The translations under genes were made by a program, and so were the position numbers. A stretch of DNA of 64,000 nt from Octopus vulgaris. Its lineage: Eukaryota. Location of the stretch: the NCBI GenBank assembly GCA_951406725.2, contig OX597838.1, forward strand, positions 45,198,001-45,262,000, given 5' to 3'. This document shows, piece after piece, positions 25,905 through 39,400 of the stretch. How positions within the stretch are numbered: position 1 is the stretch's first letter; every line of letters starts with the position of its first letter. A model generated the notes under the pieces. That model made no database searches, was not told where the DNA came from, and saw only the letters and a program-made list of their open reading frames with translations.

Positions 25905-28163
25905 AAGAAGAAGAAGAAAAAGAAGAAGAAGAAGAAAAAGAAGAAAAAGAAGAAGAAGAAGAAGAAGAAGAAGAAGAAGAAGAAGAAGAAGAAAAAAAAG
26001 AAGAAGAAGAAGAAGAAGAAGAAGAAGAAGAAGAAGAAAAAGAAGAAAAAGAAGAAGAAGAAGAAGAAGAAAAAAGAAGAAGAAGAAAAAAAAGAAGAAG
26101 AAGAAGAAGAAGAAGAAAAAAAGAAGAAGAAGAAGAAGAAGAAGAAAAGAAGAAAAGAAGAAAAAGAAGAAAAAGAAGAAGAAGAAGAAGAAGAAGAGAA
26201 GAAGAAGAAGAAGAAGAAAAAGAAGAAGAAGAAGAAGAAGAAGAAGAAGAAGAAGAAGAAGAAGAAGAAGAAAAAGAAAAGAAGAAAAAGAAGAAAAAGA
26301 AGAAAAAGAAGAAGAAGAAGAAGAAAAAGAAGAAAAAGAAGAAGAAGAAGAAGAAGAAAAAAAAAGAAGAAGAAGAAGAAGAAGAAGAAGAAGAAAAAGA
26401 AGAAAAAGAAGAAGAAAGAAGAAAAAGAAGAAGAAGAAGAAGAAGAAGAAGAAGAAAAAGAAGAAAAAGAAGAAGAAGAAGAAGAAGAAGAAGAAGAAGA
26501 AGAAGAAGAAAAAGAAGAAAAAGAAGAAAAGAAGAAGAAGAAGAAGAAGAAGAAGAAGAAGAAGAAGAAGAAGAAGAAGAAAAGAAGAAAAAGAAGAAAA
26601 AGAAGAAAAGAAGAAAGAAGAAGAAGAAGAAGAAAAAGAAGAAGAAGAAGAAGAAGAAGAAGAAGAAGAAGAAGAAGAAAAGAAGAAAAAGAAGAAGAAG
26701 AAGAAGAAGAAGAAGAAGAAGAAGAAGGAGAAGAAGAAGAAGGAGAAGAAGGAGAAGAAGAAGAAGAAGAAGAAGAAGAAGAAGAAGAAGAAGAAGAAGA
26801 AGAAGAAGAAGAAGAAGAAAAAGAAGAAGAAGAAGAAGAAGAAGAAGAAGAAGAAGAAGAAGAAGAAGAAGAAGAAGAAGAAGAAGAAGAAGAAGAAGAA
26901 GAAGAAGAAGAAGAAGAAGAAGAAGAAGAAGAAGAAGAAGAAGAAGAAGAAGAAGAAGAAGAAGAAGAAGAAGAAGAAGAAGAAGAAGAAGAAGAGAAGA
27001 AGAAGAAGAAGAAGAAAAAAAGAAGAAGAAGAAGAAGAAGAAGAAGAAGAAGAAGAAGAAGAAGAAGAAGAAGAAGAAGAAGAAGAAGAAGAAGAAAAAG
27101 AAGAAAAAGAAGAATAAGGAGAGGAAGAAGAGGAAGGGGAAGAAGGAGAGGGAGAAGAAGAAGAGGAGGAGGAGGATGAAGAAGAAGAAGACGGGGAAGT
27201 GGGAGAAGAAGAAGAAGAAGAAGAAAAAGAAGAAAAAGAAGAAGAGGAGAAGAAGAAGAAGAAGAAAAAGAAGAAAAAGAAGAAGAAAAGAAGAAGAAAA
27301 AGAAGAAAAAGAAGTAGGAGAGGAAGAGGAAGAAGGAGGAAGAAGGAGAAGGAGAAGAAGAAGAAGTGGAGGAGGTGGAGGAGGGGGATTAAGGAGAAGA
27401 CGAGGAAGTGGAAGAAGGAGAAGAAGAAGAAGAAGAAGAAGAAGAAGAAAAAGAAAAAGAGGAGGAGGAGGAGGAGGATGAAGAAGAAAAAGAAAAAGAA
27501 AAAGAAAAAGAAAAAGAGGAGGAGGAGGCAGAAGAAGAAGAAGAGGAGGAGGGGAGGAGGAGGAGGGGGAGGAGGAGGAGGAGGAAGAAGAAGAAGAAGA
27601 AGAAGACGAAGAAGAGGAAGAGGAAGAAGGAGAAGAAGAAGGAGGAGGAGGAGGAGGAGAAGAAGAACAAGGAGGAGGAGAAGAGGATGAAGAAGAAGAA
27701 GAAGAAGAAGAAGAAGGAGAAGGAGGAGGAGGAGAAGAAGAAGAAGAAGGAGGAGGAGGAGGAGAAGAAGAAGAAGAAGAAGAAGAAGAAGGAGGAGAAG
27801 AAGAAGAAGAAGAAGGAGGAGAAGAAGAAGAAGAAGAAGACGAAGAAGAGGAAGAGGAAGAAGAATAAAAAGAAGAAGAAGAAGAAGGAGGAGAAGAAGA
27901 AGAAGAAGAAGAAGAAGGAGGAGGAGAAGAAGAAGAAGAAGGAGAAGAAGAAGACGAAGACGAAGAAAGAAGAAGAAGAAGAAGAAGAAGAAGAAGAAGA
28001 AGAAGAAGAAGAAGAAGAAGGAGGAGGAGGAGGAGAAGAAGAAGAAGAAGAAGGAGGAGGAGGAGGAGAAGAAGAAGAAGAAGAAGGAGGAGGAGGAGGA
28101 GAAGAAGAAGAAGAAGAAGAAGAAGAAGAAGAAGAAGAAGAAGGAGGAGGAGGAGAAGAAGAA
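25876..28163 (+). repeat. About 2.3-kb (GAA)n/(GGA)n homopurine tract
   Basis: Almost exclusively A and G on the plus strand. Confidence 0.97.
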
Positions 28164-28309
28164 TTTGTGGACCATCTCCAAGAAAAATTCTCTGATCTGC
28201 CAGTTACGTTCTTGGGTTTGGAAACCAAAAAGGCATCTGTTACTAACGACGTCACTCAATCAATCAACGCTCGGATCGCAGCTTGCTTTTTCCTAGCAAT
28301 CACTCCTAG

Positions 28310-28376
<67 letters not shown>

Positions 28377-29716
28377 AAACAACAAAAATGAAAGCAAAAA
28401 ATGTGATCCGTCCCAAAGCTGATGTCGATCAGTCGTAAACAGTCTTTTACTACGCTTTCCCGCCTCAGTGACTACCAATAAAGATTCCGTAGAGCGAGAT
28501 AAGACGGAGATCTGTAATTTTTAATCATTTTAATTCCTTATTCACTTGTTTAAAAAAAATTTAGTCAGGATGGATCGGTCGGATGGATACGAAAAATAGA
28601 GACCATTCTAGCAGTAGTAGAAAAGACAGAGTAAGAAGACAACTAGTCCGTGGGTCAGAGAATGGTGAGTGAATTAATACATAAGGGTTGGATAGGTTTT
28701 CATTTGTTTGTTTTTCGATGCAGTCTTAAATTCTACTGTTTGTAACAGCACTGTCCAAAACGTGGTAGCTGTATTCCATTGTGGTTATTACTCGAAATTT
28801 GTAGAATATAAGTAGCTGCGGCGAGCTTAAATAATTTTCTGGCCCTGAAGATTAAGATTGAAGCAGTATTTACAACGTAGAGAAAGTCAGATTGCCAGGA
28901 ATGATAATCAGTGGCCTGGCATTTGTTGCGAAATTCAGGATTCCCTCCAGATACGAAGAACAAAAAGCATGATCAACCACTGCGCAGAATAAGGGAATCG
29001 GCTTGATGCAAAATTGTAGAAGAAGTAAAGTTGGTATGGCCCCATTCGGAGATGATCTTGAAAGTCTTTGAACATGGAATTCGTTCAGGTTTTTGTGGCA
29101 TGAGTTGTTTGAGTTACCTGTGAATGAGGCTTGCACACATAGTGTTGTAGCGAAGGGAAAGGCGGTATGATTCATATAGGAAAGAATATTTATGAATTGG
29201 TAGGTTCTTATCATCATTGCAACGAGTATTGACAGTGATCTGTCCAGCCAACAGACAATTTTTTCGGTGTAGTGAAAGAGACATTAAAAATATTTTAAAT
29301 CTCCTTTTCTTGTTGATTCAGAAACTTATCTCCTTTAGCAACACCAAGAGATGATCATCAAAGGAATCGAATATTTTTTCCCACCATAATCATCACACGA
29401 AAGAAATCAAACTTTAGCATTCAAAATCCACATTTATCATTGCATTTAGTATGGTTATTGTTAGATACAAAATCCCGTTATGTTGCGAAGGAAGAAAGTT
29501 TAGTAGGAACCGATGTTATTCACACATTCTCATCACAGGGAGAGTAGAACATGAATATGGTGAAAATCTGTCAGTCGGGAATAAAAATTAGGCTGTTTTT
29601 TTTTTAATTCGTCATTAAACCATCACGGCGCTTATGAGAGGAATGTTATATAATTAATAAGCATAGAAATTAAATAATACAAGGTGCCATCACAACGACG
29701 GCAACAACAATAGTAT

Positions 29717-29801
<85 letters not shown>

Positions 29802-30717
29802 TATAATAATAATAATAATAATAATGAGGGTGAGGAGGAGGGGGAGGAAGATTTCTTTATTAACAATAAGAGTTTACATTAAGAAAAACATTATGGACAG
29901 GAAAAACAAAGAATGTGTGTAGAGTGAGTGTGTTGTATAAACAAGACTAACAAAATTATAGTTTCTTCGTTGCTTTTATCCTTGATGTTGTTTTTGTTGC
30001 TGCCGTTTATGTTGTTGTCGTTGTTGCAGTAGTAGTTGTTGCTATTGTTGTTGTTGATGATGGAACTGCTGATGTGGTTGTTGCGATTGTTCTTGCTGTT
30101 ACTGGTTCGCTCACAAAAGGGCTCCCACTGTTTACATTTTCGAAATTGCCGTTTTTATTTCGAATAATGTCGAAAACGGACCCCTTGTTTTTCCGAACAT
30201 CTTCTAAAAGATCTTTCTCGAAAAATGTGGCTCTTGTGTCTTTTTCCTTCTTTCCTTCAACAAAAATACAGTCATCGTCTGTTTTTTTTTTATTTTGTTT
30301 GTTTGTTTTATTTTGCTGTTTCCATTTTAGCGCTAATTGGGTTTTTTCAGTGCTAATTCGTTTGCCACACTCACACTCTCTCTCACTAGTGACACTCCTC
30401 ACTCTCTCGCCTTCTCTCACATATGAGCGTCACCGAGTTTTGTTGTGTTTTCTCCGTGTCGCTGGGGAAAACGCAAGCAACTATGATTGCAAAATATAAT
30501 CAATTGAAATGTCCCCCCAAACCTGGGGGGGGGGGCAAAACAGGACAATGAACTCACCACTCGACAGCTATTAACTTGACCACGACGATACAAATTTGAA
30601 GAGTGCAAATACAGTATTTTGTGTTTTTCCGTTATAAAATCCACGGGGCGAAGTCAAGCGAAGCTTGCCAGGCAGACGGTCATACTACTGCTACTACTAC
30701 TACTACTAATAATAATG

Positions 30718-30753
<36 letters not shown>

Positions 30754-31296
30754 GGTGCTATATGCATGAAAAATTGTAACCGAATGAACGCCATCATATT
30801 TAATTCATGGAGTGTTAAAACGCTTAAAATAGAATAAAATATTAGGTGAGAAAAACTAATATTAGTCGATAACTAATTTCGTTATGAGCTTGATGTCAGT
30901 TACGGAAAATAACTCCGGATCTGTTTGTGCATTTTCGAGCTTCGTTAGTGGAGTTTCCTTCCCTTCTTGAATAATTAAAAACATAATTTTCGGTATAGAT
31001 TAAACATATTCTTTCATACTATTCCTTTCACAACTTCAACCTTTTATTTTAATGCTCCATACGCCAAATATATTGACTTCCGGTAATTTACAGTTCATTC
31101 TGTTAATGGCATTTAACTTTGCATTCTATCTTTCTATGCTAACAACTAGACATTTCTGTATGCTTAAATTGGTGCTTTGATTGCTATTATTCCGGTATGT
31201 TTACAACGTCGATAGACTTTTCGCTAGTGAAACTTTATTTTTTGACACATGGTAGGATCTATCTTCTCTACGTGTCAGAAATGAAAGCGAGAAATA

Positions 31297-31783
31297 TCTT
31301 TATATAAAATCCGCTCTGTCTGTCTGTGTTCTAGGATCTCGGGCATCTTCCATCCGATTGCGCTCAAATTTGATGTGTAGATACCGACGGTCTTGAAAGA
31401 ATTACAAAAATCGATTCCAGGTGAGAATGTGATCGATAAAGCCGTAGGAACGTGCATTTGTACGCGCAAGTACATCAGCTGTTGCGATCGATACTACGCG
31501 TACGCGAGAAAAAAGCACTTCAGTTTGCGCAAAAGAAGCCGGATGGCTTGAAATAATGCCACAAAATACGAATATATTTAAGAGACCAAAAAAGTAAGAT
31601 GCAAAAGAGATACTTTCTTCAAAGTTGGCATGAAGGAAGGAAATCTATCTTTATTTCTTCTTTTGCTGGTGCCTCAAATTTAGGTTAAATCAGTTGGGGC
31701 GGTCGGACAAGTTGTTTTGAGAAAATTTAGTTTAAATGTTTGACAACTCAGCACCGTCCATTGGACGTGGGGCGTTTTGCTCG
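31297..31783 (+). mobile_element. Non-autonomous Helitron-like element
   Basis: A|TCTTTATATAAAA start, (CTGT)n and CCGATTGCGCTCAAATTTG. The 3' hairpin CGTCCA-T-TGGACG is followed by CTCG|T (a variant of CTRR). Confidence 0.6.
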
Positions 31784-31809
31784 TATATATATATATTGAG
31801 GATTTTCAA

Positions 31810-31911
31810 GTCACACTGCGCAGCACGTATGCAACTCTCTTCTACTATAGCCCCGGATCGTCCAAATCCTTGTGAGTGGATTTGGCAAACAGAAACGGAA
31901 AGAAGACTGTC

Positions 31912-31971
<60 letters not shown>

Positions 31972-32300
31972 CTGTATATGTGCATGTGTGTGTGCGCGTG
32001 TGCTTATATATGTGTGCATATATGTATGTATAGATGTATGTATGTATGTGCGTATGTATGTACCTATGTATCTATGTGTGTGTACATGTGTCTGTTTTGT
32101 GTTTATCCACCGCAACCGCTTAACAACCGGCGTTGGTTTGTTTATGTCCTGTTAACGTGCGTGTCGTGAAAATAAAAACCGATAAAATAATTACCGGTTT
32201 TAAAATAAGTACTGGATTAGGTATGTTCGGTTCGGCTAAACACTTTAAAATGGTTCTCCAGCATTTTCGCAGAAGTCCAATAACGACGGAAACAAGCAAA
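31810..32300 (+). mobile_element. SINE family B, diverged
   Basis: TCTTCTACTATAGCCCCGG..TGTGAGTGGATTTGG core, internal microsatellite and tail. Confidence 0.7.
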
Positions 32301-32900
32301 CCATAACAGATGATATTTGTTTTTCCTTGACAGATATATTTATTTGTTTTTGTTATTTAAATACTTTATGAATAAAATACGAAATCACTAATTTGTGTGT
32401 AATTACTCAAGCGTGTCATTAGAGCGTGAAGGCACGTGACCTAGGGGTTACGGTATTGCATTAACAATCGTTATATCATGGGTTCGATTTCTGGAGCTGA
32501 CAGCGCTTTGTGTTATTGAGAAAAACATAATTTCACATTACTCTGCGGCTAGGGGAGTAGCAGAATCATTTGAGCGTCGGAAAAAATGATTTACGGAATA
32601 TCTCCCAGTTCTCCACATCCCCAGTTCAATTTCCCCCTGCCTGAAGAAGAAAGCAGGGAACCAATTCAATATTTATCCCAAGTTTAGTCATGGTAACCCA
32701 AGTACCAGTAATCTACTTAACGTCGACAGGGAAAGGTACGAGCCCTTCAAGGTCGTATAGGAAGCGCTGGACAAGGTTCACATGCACAAAACCGGCCCAA
32801 GGGCAGACCATCACAAGGCCGGTCATTAGGTTGTAATGATAACTTCAAATCCCAAATTGACCAGAAGTAGTGAACACCGTTATTTATTTATTCATTTTTT

Positions 32901-33191
32901 TCTTTTGTTTGTTTCAGTCAATTGGCTTTGACCATGCTGGAGCACCGCCTTGAGTCGAAGAAATTGACCGCAGGACGTATTCTTTGTAAGCCTATATTAC
33001 ATATTCTATCGGTCTCTTTTGCCGAACCGCTAAGTTACGAGAACATAAACACACTAATATCGGTTGTCAAACGACGGTCGTGAGTCAAACGCAGACACAC
33101 AAACACATACACACACGCGCGCGCATATATATTGACTGATTGATTGATTCTAGTTTCAGCTCATGAGCTGTGGCCATGCTGGGGCACCGCC

Positions 33192-33253
<62 letters not shown>

Positions 33254-33900
33254 GACGGGCTTCTTTCATCTTCCGTCTACGAAATTCATCACATGGCTTT
33301 GGTCGGTTCGAAGCTATTGTAGAAGACACTTGCCCAAGGTGCCACGCAGTGGGACTGAACCCGGGACCATGTGGTTGGTAAGCAAAGTTAACCCCGGCGG
33401 AATTTGAAATTAGAACGTAAAGACAGACGAAACAGCGCTAAGCATTTCTCCGGCTTCACCTCAATGATGAAACTGCTTTGTATTGTTTCTTATTACAAAT
33501 ATTCTCGATTATCTTTTAGTCCTTTATCAGTAATCAGTCTTCGGCCATGCTGGAGCATCGCCTTGAAGAGTTTTTACTCGGATGAATTGACCCCATTACT
33601 TGTTTTTTCTGTGTTTTTGTTTTTAAGCATGGTAATTTTCAATCGGACACTTTTTGGCGAACTGCGAGATTACGGCGACGTAAAGATACCAACAGCGGTT
33701 GTCAAGTCGTGGAAGGGGACAAACACAGACACAAACACACGTGCATACACACAAACAACGTGTATGCACGATGGGCTTCTTTCAGGTTGCCTCTATCAGA
33801 TCTACCCACAAGGCTTTGGTTTGCCCGAGGCTATAGTAGAAGACACTTGCCCAATGTTCCACGCATTGAGACTGAACCCAGAACATCCGCGCTTGCCACG
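32901..33900 (-). mobile_element. Cluster of SINE B copies and fragments with a short SINE A fragment
   Basis: Matches to 18309-18712 at about 32901-33110, 33253-33385 and 33515-33900. Confidence 0.75.
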
Positions 33901-34541
33901 CTTACCAAGTTTCTAAAGAGTTCATGCCATTGCTCATTTATGGGACCACGTCGCCTTTCATTGAGGAAACTTAGGGACCAGAAAATTTCCAGCAGTGAGC
34001 ATCTCTTCTTTTTTCCAGACAGTTCTTCTTAGAATACATTCAATAATCTGATCTTCTTTTTACTTTTAAGATGGTAGAATATGATTAGCCGGAGATTTAG
34101 TAGCTATTTCGAGCATACAGAAGAGTCCCTTGCTAGTTACTCATAAAAAATTTAAAACACAGACAAGAATACTTATAAACTTATGTTTTTCTGTCTCGGT
34201 GATACTTTGATACGCTCGAAATGGTGTTTGGTTTTTGTCTGTAGTCAGGAAGAGTCTTACTAAATACAAATATCACCGTTATTTATTTTGTTGCTAAAAG
34301 AAACCAAGCTAAGTTGCATTACGAATAACATTCGACTACAGATTTTAGTTGTATATATATTTATTTTTCCTTGTTATTCATACACATTGACAAATACACA
34401 TATTTTTGTGTATACATGTGTGTGTGTGCATATATATATATATATATGTATATATATGTATTAGCATATTACTCTACCACTGGTATTTGAGTACTCTTTT
34501 TTCCACCTTGTTTCACATTTATGTGTTTACTCCGGTATATA

Positions 34542-34587
<46 letters not shown>

Positions 34588-34693
34588 GTAAAAATATATA
34601 TATGTGTGTGTGTGTGTATGTATATGTATATATATGTATATATATGCATTTATCTATGCACATGTAGATATACGCATTCATATATATATACGC

Positions 34694-34794
<101 letters not shown>

Positions 34795-36098
34795 TTAACA
34801 CTTAAGCACCCACGTACGTATATACACCAAGACATACGTGAATATATACATGCATACTTACATCCTTGTATCCATCCATCCATCCGACCATGCATACATA
34901 CATTCATACATACATACGACTTACACACATGCACACACGCACACAAGCACACACACACATGAGCACGCACACAAACACGTAAGCACACACATACATACAC
35001 ACATACACACACACATACACACACACACGTATTTATAGAGAGAGCTGGAAATCAGAGCTGATGTTTTTATCGAATCTACTAATTCAACAATTATCGTTTA
35101 TCGAAACTCGTCATTACACAGTCCGTTCCCGCGAGATTTTAACAGCATTACGTTACGCACATTTGCTAAGAAGTCATAAAACAAACGAAGGAACGTGAAA
35201 GAATATCTAACTGAAAGCCATCAGCTTTCGTAAATTGTTTTAGGAGAGAGTGAGGTGCCTAATGATTACACAGAATGAATAAATTTCCTAAAGGTAGTGT
35301 CAATACTTAGGAGAAACAGAGAAAGGGGTTGAAATTTCCGCTGCTATTTGTTCGGTATATGTTTGCCTTGTTGTTTATTTATCATCTCGGTATTGTGTTT
35401 GAGTGTGTTTCTCATGAATACTAAATATCGGTGAAGAAACCCCGTGGTGATAACGAAATAATTTTCTTGGAGAGATCTTACTTCATGTTTGTTAATGTCT
35501 AAAGTCAAATAATGTCACGTGATACTCTAGCGCTGTGGATAACAGTTACTAACAACGGATCGGTTTCGAGGTGAGTTAGACTCCCGGTCTGGTGAGCTTG
35601 AAAATGTTCTTGGAAGAATTTCAAAGCGTCTGCTCAACTGTTTGAAAAATAGCAGTAAAATCGACCTCAAATCGCAAAGAAGTGTAGTAAATGAATTATG
35701 AAATTTTGACCAAGAATCGAAACTACAACCTGAATGTTTCTGCAAGCTTTTTACCATTGTTCTGTAGACTTTCACTCTGAATTTATCAATGTTATCTGTC
35801 CCATTCCTCACCAAACTTCTGTTGTTGCTGAGCCAGTTCCAAATCGGAGACAGGTTTAATTACAAGGAACTTCTAACAAAATATCCTTTCTTTCCACAGA
35901 ACTGTCAGAAAGTTCATGTCTCATTCTCCAACCAATCTCTCTCTCCCCTCTTTCTCTCTTTTCTTTATCTCTCCCCTCTCTCTCTCTCTCTCTCCCTCTC
36001 CTTCCTTTTCCGTCAACTAGTTACCAATGCCAGCTATCTTGTCATCATAGCAAATCTCTCGCGAGCCTTTATAACTGTTTTCCTCCATTTACTGCGAA

Positions 36099-36400
36099 GA
36101 CGTGTGGCTTTGTCGCTAGAAGATTCGGCTCCCGATCGAAACCAGTCACTGCGTGGTGTCTTTTAGCAAGATACTTTATTTCAAATTGCTTCAGTCCACT
36201 CGGCTGACAAATGTCGTACATGTATTTCAATGAGCCAGCCTTGTTATTTTCTGTGTGTCTCACTCAATCTCTCTGAGCACTACTTTAAGGGTGCGTGTGT
36301 CTGTGGACAGCGCGGCCATGTTTACCTTTATTTCACGAGCAGGTTATTTCGTTAATGTATAAACTGGAACACTTCTCCTCACAACCGACGGAGTGCCAAT
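36099..36400 (+). mobile_element. Probable third tRNA-derived SINE family, diverged (head-like copy also at about 32428-32545)
   Basis: CGTGTGGCTT..G.TAG head and GTGTCTTTTAGCAAGATACTTTATTTCA CORE-like segment. Confidence 0.45.
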
Positions 36401-36869
36401 GCTACTTTCGCATCAATTAGTAAGTAGTAAGCAGTTTACAAAAATTCACTGACCAACATTTCTCATCTGCCTCCAACCCGAATTTATGAATAAAAGAGGT
36501 GACAATTGACTAAAAACTGTTAACTATGAACCATTTCTTCTGTTAATCTATTTCTGACAATCCTGAAACCATTTATGCAACTCGCAGCCTTTCTTCAAAT
36601 GCAGCCTTCTCAACTCAATCAGATGCAGCTTCTATTAAACTTATTATCAATGACTATTAGTACATTATATTTAGTGATATCAACATAGCGCATCTGGGAT
36701 TGGATTAGATTGCCCATGTACAGTTCTCTGTAGGACTAAGGCTTCAACATGTTCTCTTCACCAACCGCGGTCTGATGTGAAGGTCTTGAATTTGAGCTTG
36801 AGATCATACTGTGTTCATGAGCGTACTCTTCCACACTGCCTCGACATGGCAAAGGGATACAATTTTTCA

Positions 36870-37022
36870 GACCCAGGAGTTAAGTCGATAACATTGGACC
36901 CGTTGCTCAACTAGTTCTTACATCATCGACCCTCAGAGGATGAAAAGCAAAGTCGACTTTTCTGTAATTTGAACTCAGAAAGTAAGGACGGACGAAAAAC
37001 AGCTAAGTAATTTCGCCGGACG
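36870..37022 (-). mobile_element. SINE family A fragment
   Basis: Reverse complement of GAGTTCAAATT..GTCGACTTTGC.TTTCATCCT..GGGTCGAT. Confidence 0.7.
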
Positions 37023-37213
37023 TAAGTGCATCATAACCGTTACAAAACTACGATAAGGTTTCCAGTGCACTGACTCAAGGTAAAAGGCTTGTGTGGTCAG
37101 AGTAGTAATTGGATAGTTCACATGATCATATCACTGTTGGATTGGGATGACCTGAGATTGATAACTACCTCCAACACCACTACCACCCTCACCGCCAACA
37201 ACAAAGAAATATA

Positions 37214-38042
37214 TCTAATCTATAAAATGAAGAAGGCGAACGTTGATACAAATTGAATTTTTATGTAAAAAGGGGTCTAAATGGGGCTGGATGGAGATTA
37301 AAATTTATAGGAGGGGGTAACTTAAGGTGAGAAATTGATTGGGAGACGTTTGGGGCGCTACAGTGGTAGCTTTGCTGTGAAAACAGGGATTTTATTGATT
37401 TTGGGGGACACTGGGGTGGGGTGGACACCTTTTGCCCGATTTCAATCAAATTTTCAACATGGTAAAGTGGAAGCGGATTTGAAATTTAAGCGTGGAAAAT
37501 GGGTTCGAAATTTTGAAAATTAAGGCAAGATTTTTGAAGTTGAAAAAACTTTCTCATTTTTACATATGTTTGCCTTTTACTTTTTATTGTTTACAGTTTT
37601 CATTTGTTCTGAAAGAAATTTAAAGATGCATGTAGCCCGTGTTTAGAGCTTTCATTTGCATGATCAATCGTCGAAAAATTCCCAAAATAAGTACTACATT
37701 TAACAAAGAAATCCCTTTTTTTCTTATTTTTAATCGCTCAAATAGTGGCACGTACAAAAGGCAAGTGTGCTTTCCGTTGTCACTGCCTGATATTTATGAT
37801 TGATCTTTCTCAACTTACTCAAGATCTTTTGTTTTTTATAAATGGGAGAGAGACAGATAGAGAAAGATAGAGAGTGAGAGAAAGCGAGAGAGAGAAAGAA
37901 AGGAAGAGTAAGATAGTGGGAAGTGAGAGAGAAAGGAGAGAGAAGCAGAGAGGGAGAATGTGGCGATAAAAAGCAGAAAGGAAGCAACAGAAAGTAACCA
38001 CCACACCCTCACCCGCGCGTAGAGCGGGTCACCTTAAGCTAG
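37214..38042 (+). mobile_element. Non-autonomous Helitron
   Basis: A|TCTAATCTATAAAA 5' end. The 3' hairpin ACCCGC-gcgtaga-GCGGGT (38011-38029) lies 9 nt before CTAG|T. There is no TSD. Confidence 0.8.
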
Positions 38043-38369
38043 TACATCGATAAAATCCACAGGAAAAGTGGATGCTGAACAGAAGCGTCGGAGAAAATGG
38101 ATTGCTGTGCTTCTTGCGACTCTTTATGCTCTCAGTTCAAATTCTGTTAAAGTTAACTTTACTCTTCATCCTTTGAGGGGTTCGATAAAATAAAGTGAGT
38201 CTAGTACTGAGGGCGGTGGTATGAGGTTAGTTTCCACCCATCAAAGTTGCTAACCTCAGACTATGAAAATAGGTATAAAAGGAAATCTATAACCCGGCTA
38301 TAAGACCTGTAAGCGGCTCACTTCTTCATAGATTATCTTTCTTTCTTACAATATTTGACGAAACAAATG

Positions 38370-38520
38370 CTAGCAGACTCATTAGAAGACCGGACAAAAT
38401 GCTTAGCAGCATTTCCTCCGTCTTTATGTTCTGAGTTCAAATTCCGACTTTGCCTTTCAACCTATCGGGATCGACAAAATAAGTATCAGCTGAGCACTGG
38501 GGTCAATATGATTGATTAAC
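38370..38520 (+). mobile_element. SINE family A, diverged
   Basis: AAATGCTTAGC.GCATTTC..GTTCTGAGTTCAAATTCC.GACTTTGCCTTTCA. Confidence 0.7.
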
Positions 38521-38935
38521 GCTGTTGCCCCAACTTATTGACCTTGAACCAACATTTGAAACCAATTTTTTACAAAACATTCGCATCCATTGAGCTGTTG
38601 ATCCCTTCAATACAGGGGTTTTCCTCTCTGTCCCATGGAAAAATATATGGCCGATTCTATTTACACATAGCTGCTATTTCTTTTGCGATATCTCAATATT
38701 GTTTAGCTTTAAATGTTCCGGTGCACTTTTTGTGTTATTATCAGCACAGCATTGTAAATGGTTTTATCGACACGATCTTGTCTCTCAAGAGAAGAGATAT
38801 GCTCCTTATGGGCGTTTTTGGACATCTGATAATCATGTGACTGATATTTTTCACGTTGCCATGGCAGAAACGGAATTTTTTTTTCACATGTTGAAAATAT
38901 AGAGAAATCTTCTTTTACTAAGGTTTTTGGTAGCC

Positions 38936-39360
38936 ATGTATGTATGTATGTATGAATGTATGTATGTATGTATGAATGTATGTATGTATGTATGTATGTA
39001 TGTATGTATGTATGTATGTATGTATGTATGTATGTATGTATGCATGCATGTATGTATGCATTTATGTATGTATGTATATATCTATGTATGTATGTCTGTA
39101 TGTATGCATGCATGTATGTATGTATGTATGTATGTATGTATGCATGTATGTATGTATGCATGCATGTATGTATATGTATGAATTTATGTATGTATGTATG
39201 TATGTATCTATCCTATCTATCTATGTATCTATCTATCTATCAATCTATACGTGTGTGTGTGTTCCAATTCTTTTTTAAATTTAGCGTGTGTATGTATGTG
39301 TGTATGTATGTGTGTATGTATGTATGTATGTATGTATGTATGTATGTATGTATGTATGTA

Positions 39361-39395
<35 letters not shown>

Positions 39396-39400
39396 ATGTT
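38936..39400. repeat. (ATGT)n compound microsatellite
   Basis: Direct reading. Confidence 0.95.

Noticed and set aside
25812-28391. Long ORFs of 815, 439 and 327 aa (poly-K/E/R/F/L/S)
   Set aside because: They are stop-free translations of the GAA tract, with frequent phase slips and no coding signature.
28700-29500. Possible old LINE endonuclease relic
   Set aside because: No diagnostic motif could be read confidently.
35527-35860. 95-aa unique ORF as a host exon
   Set aside because: There is no recognisable domain or clear splice-site pair.
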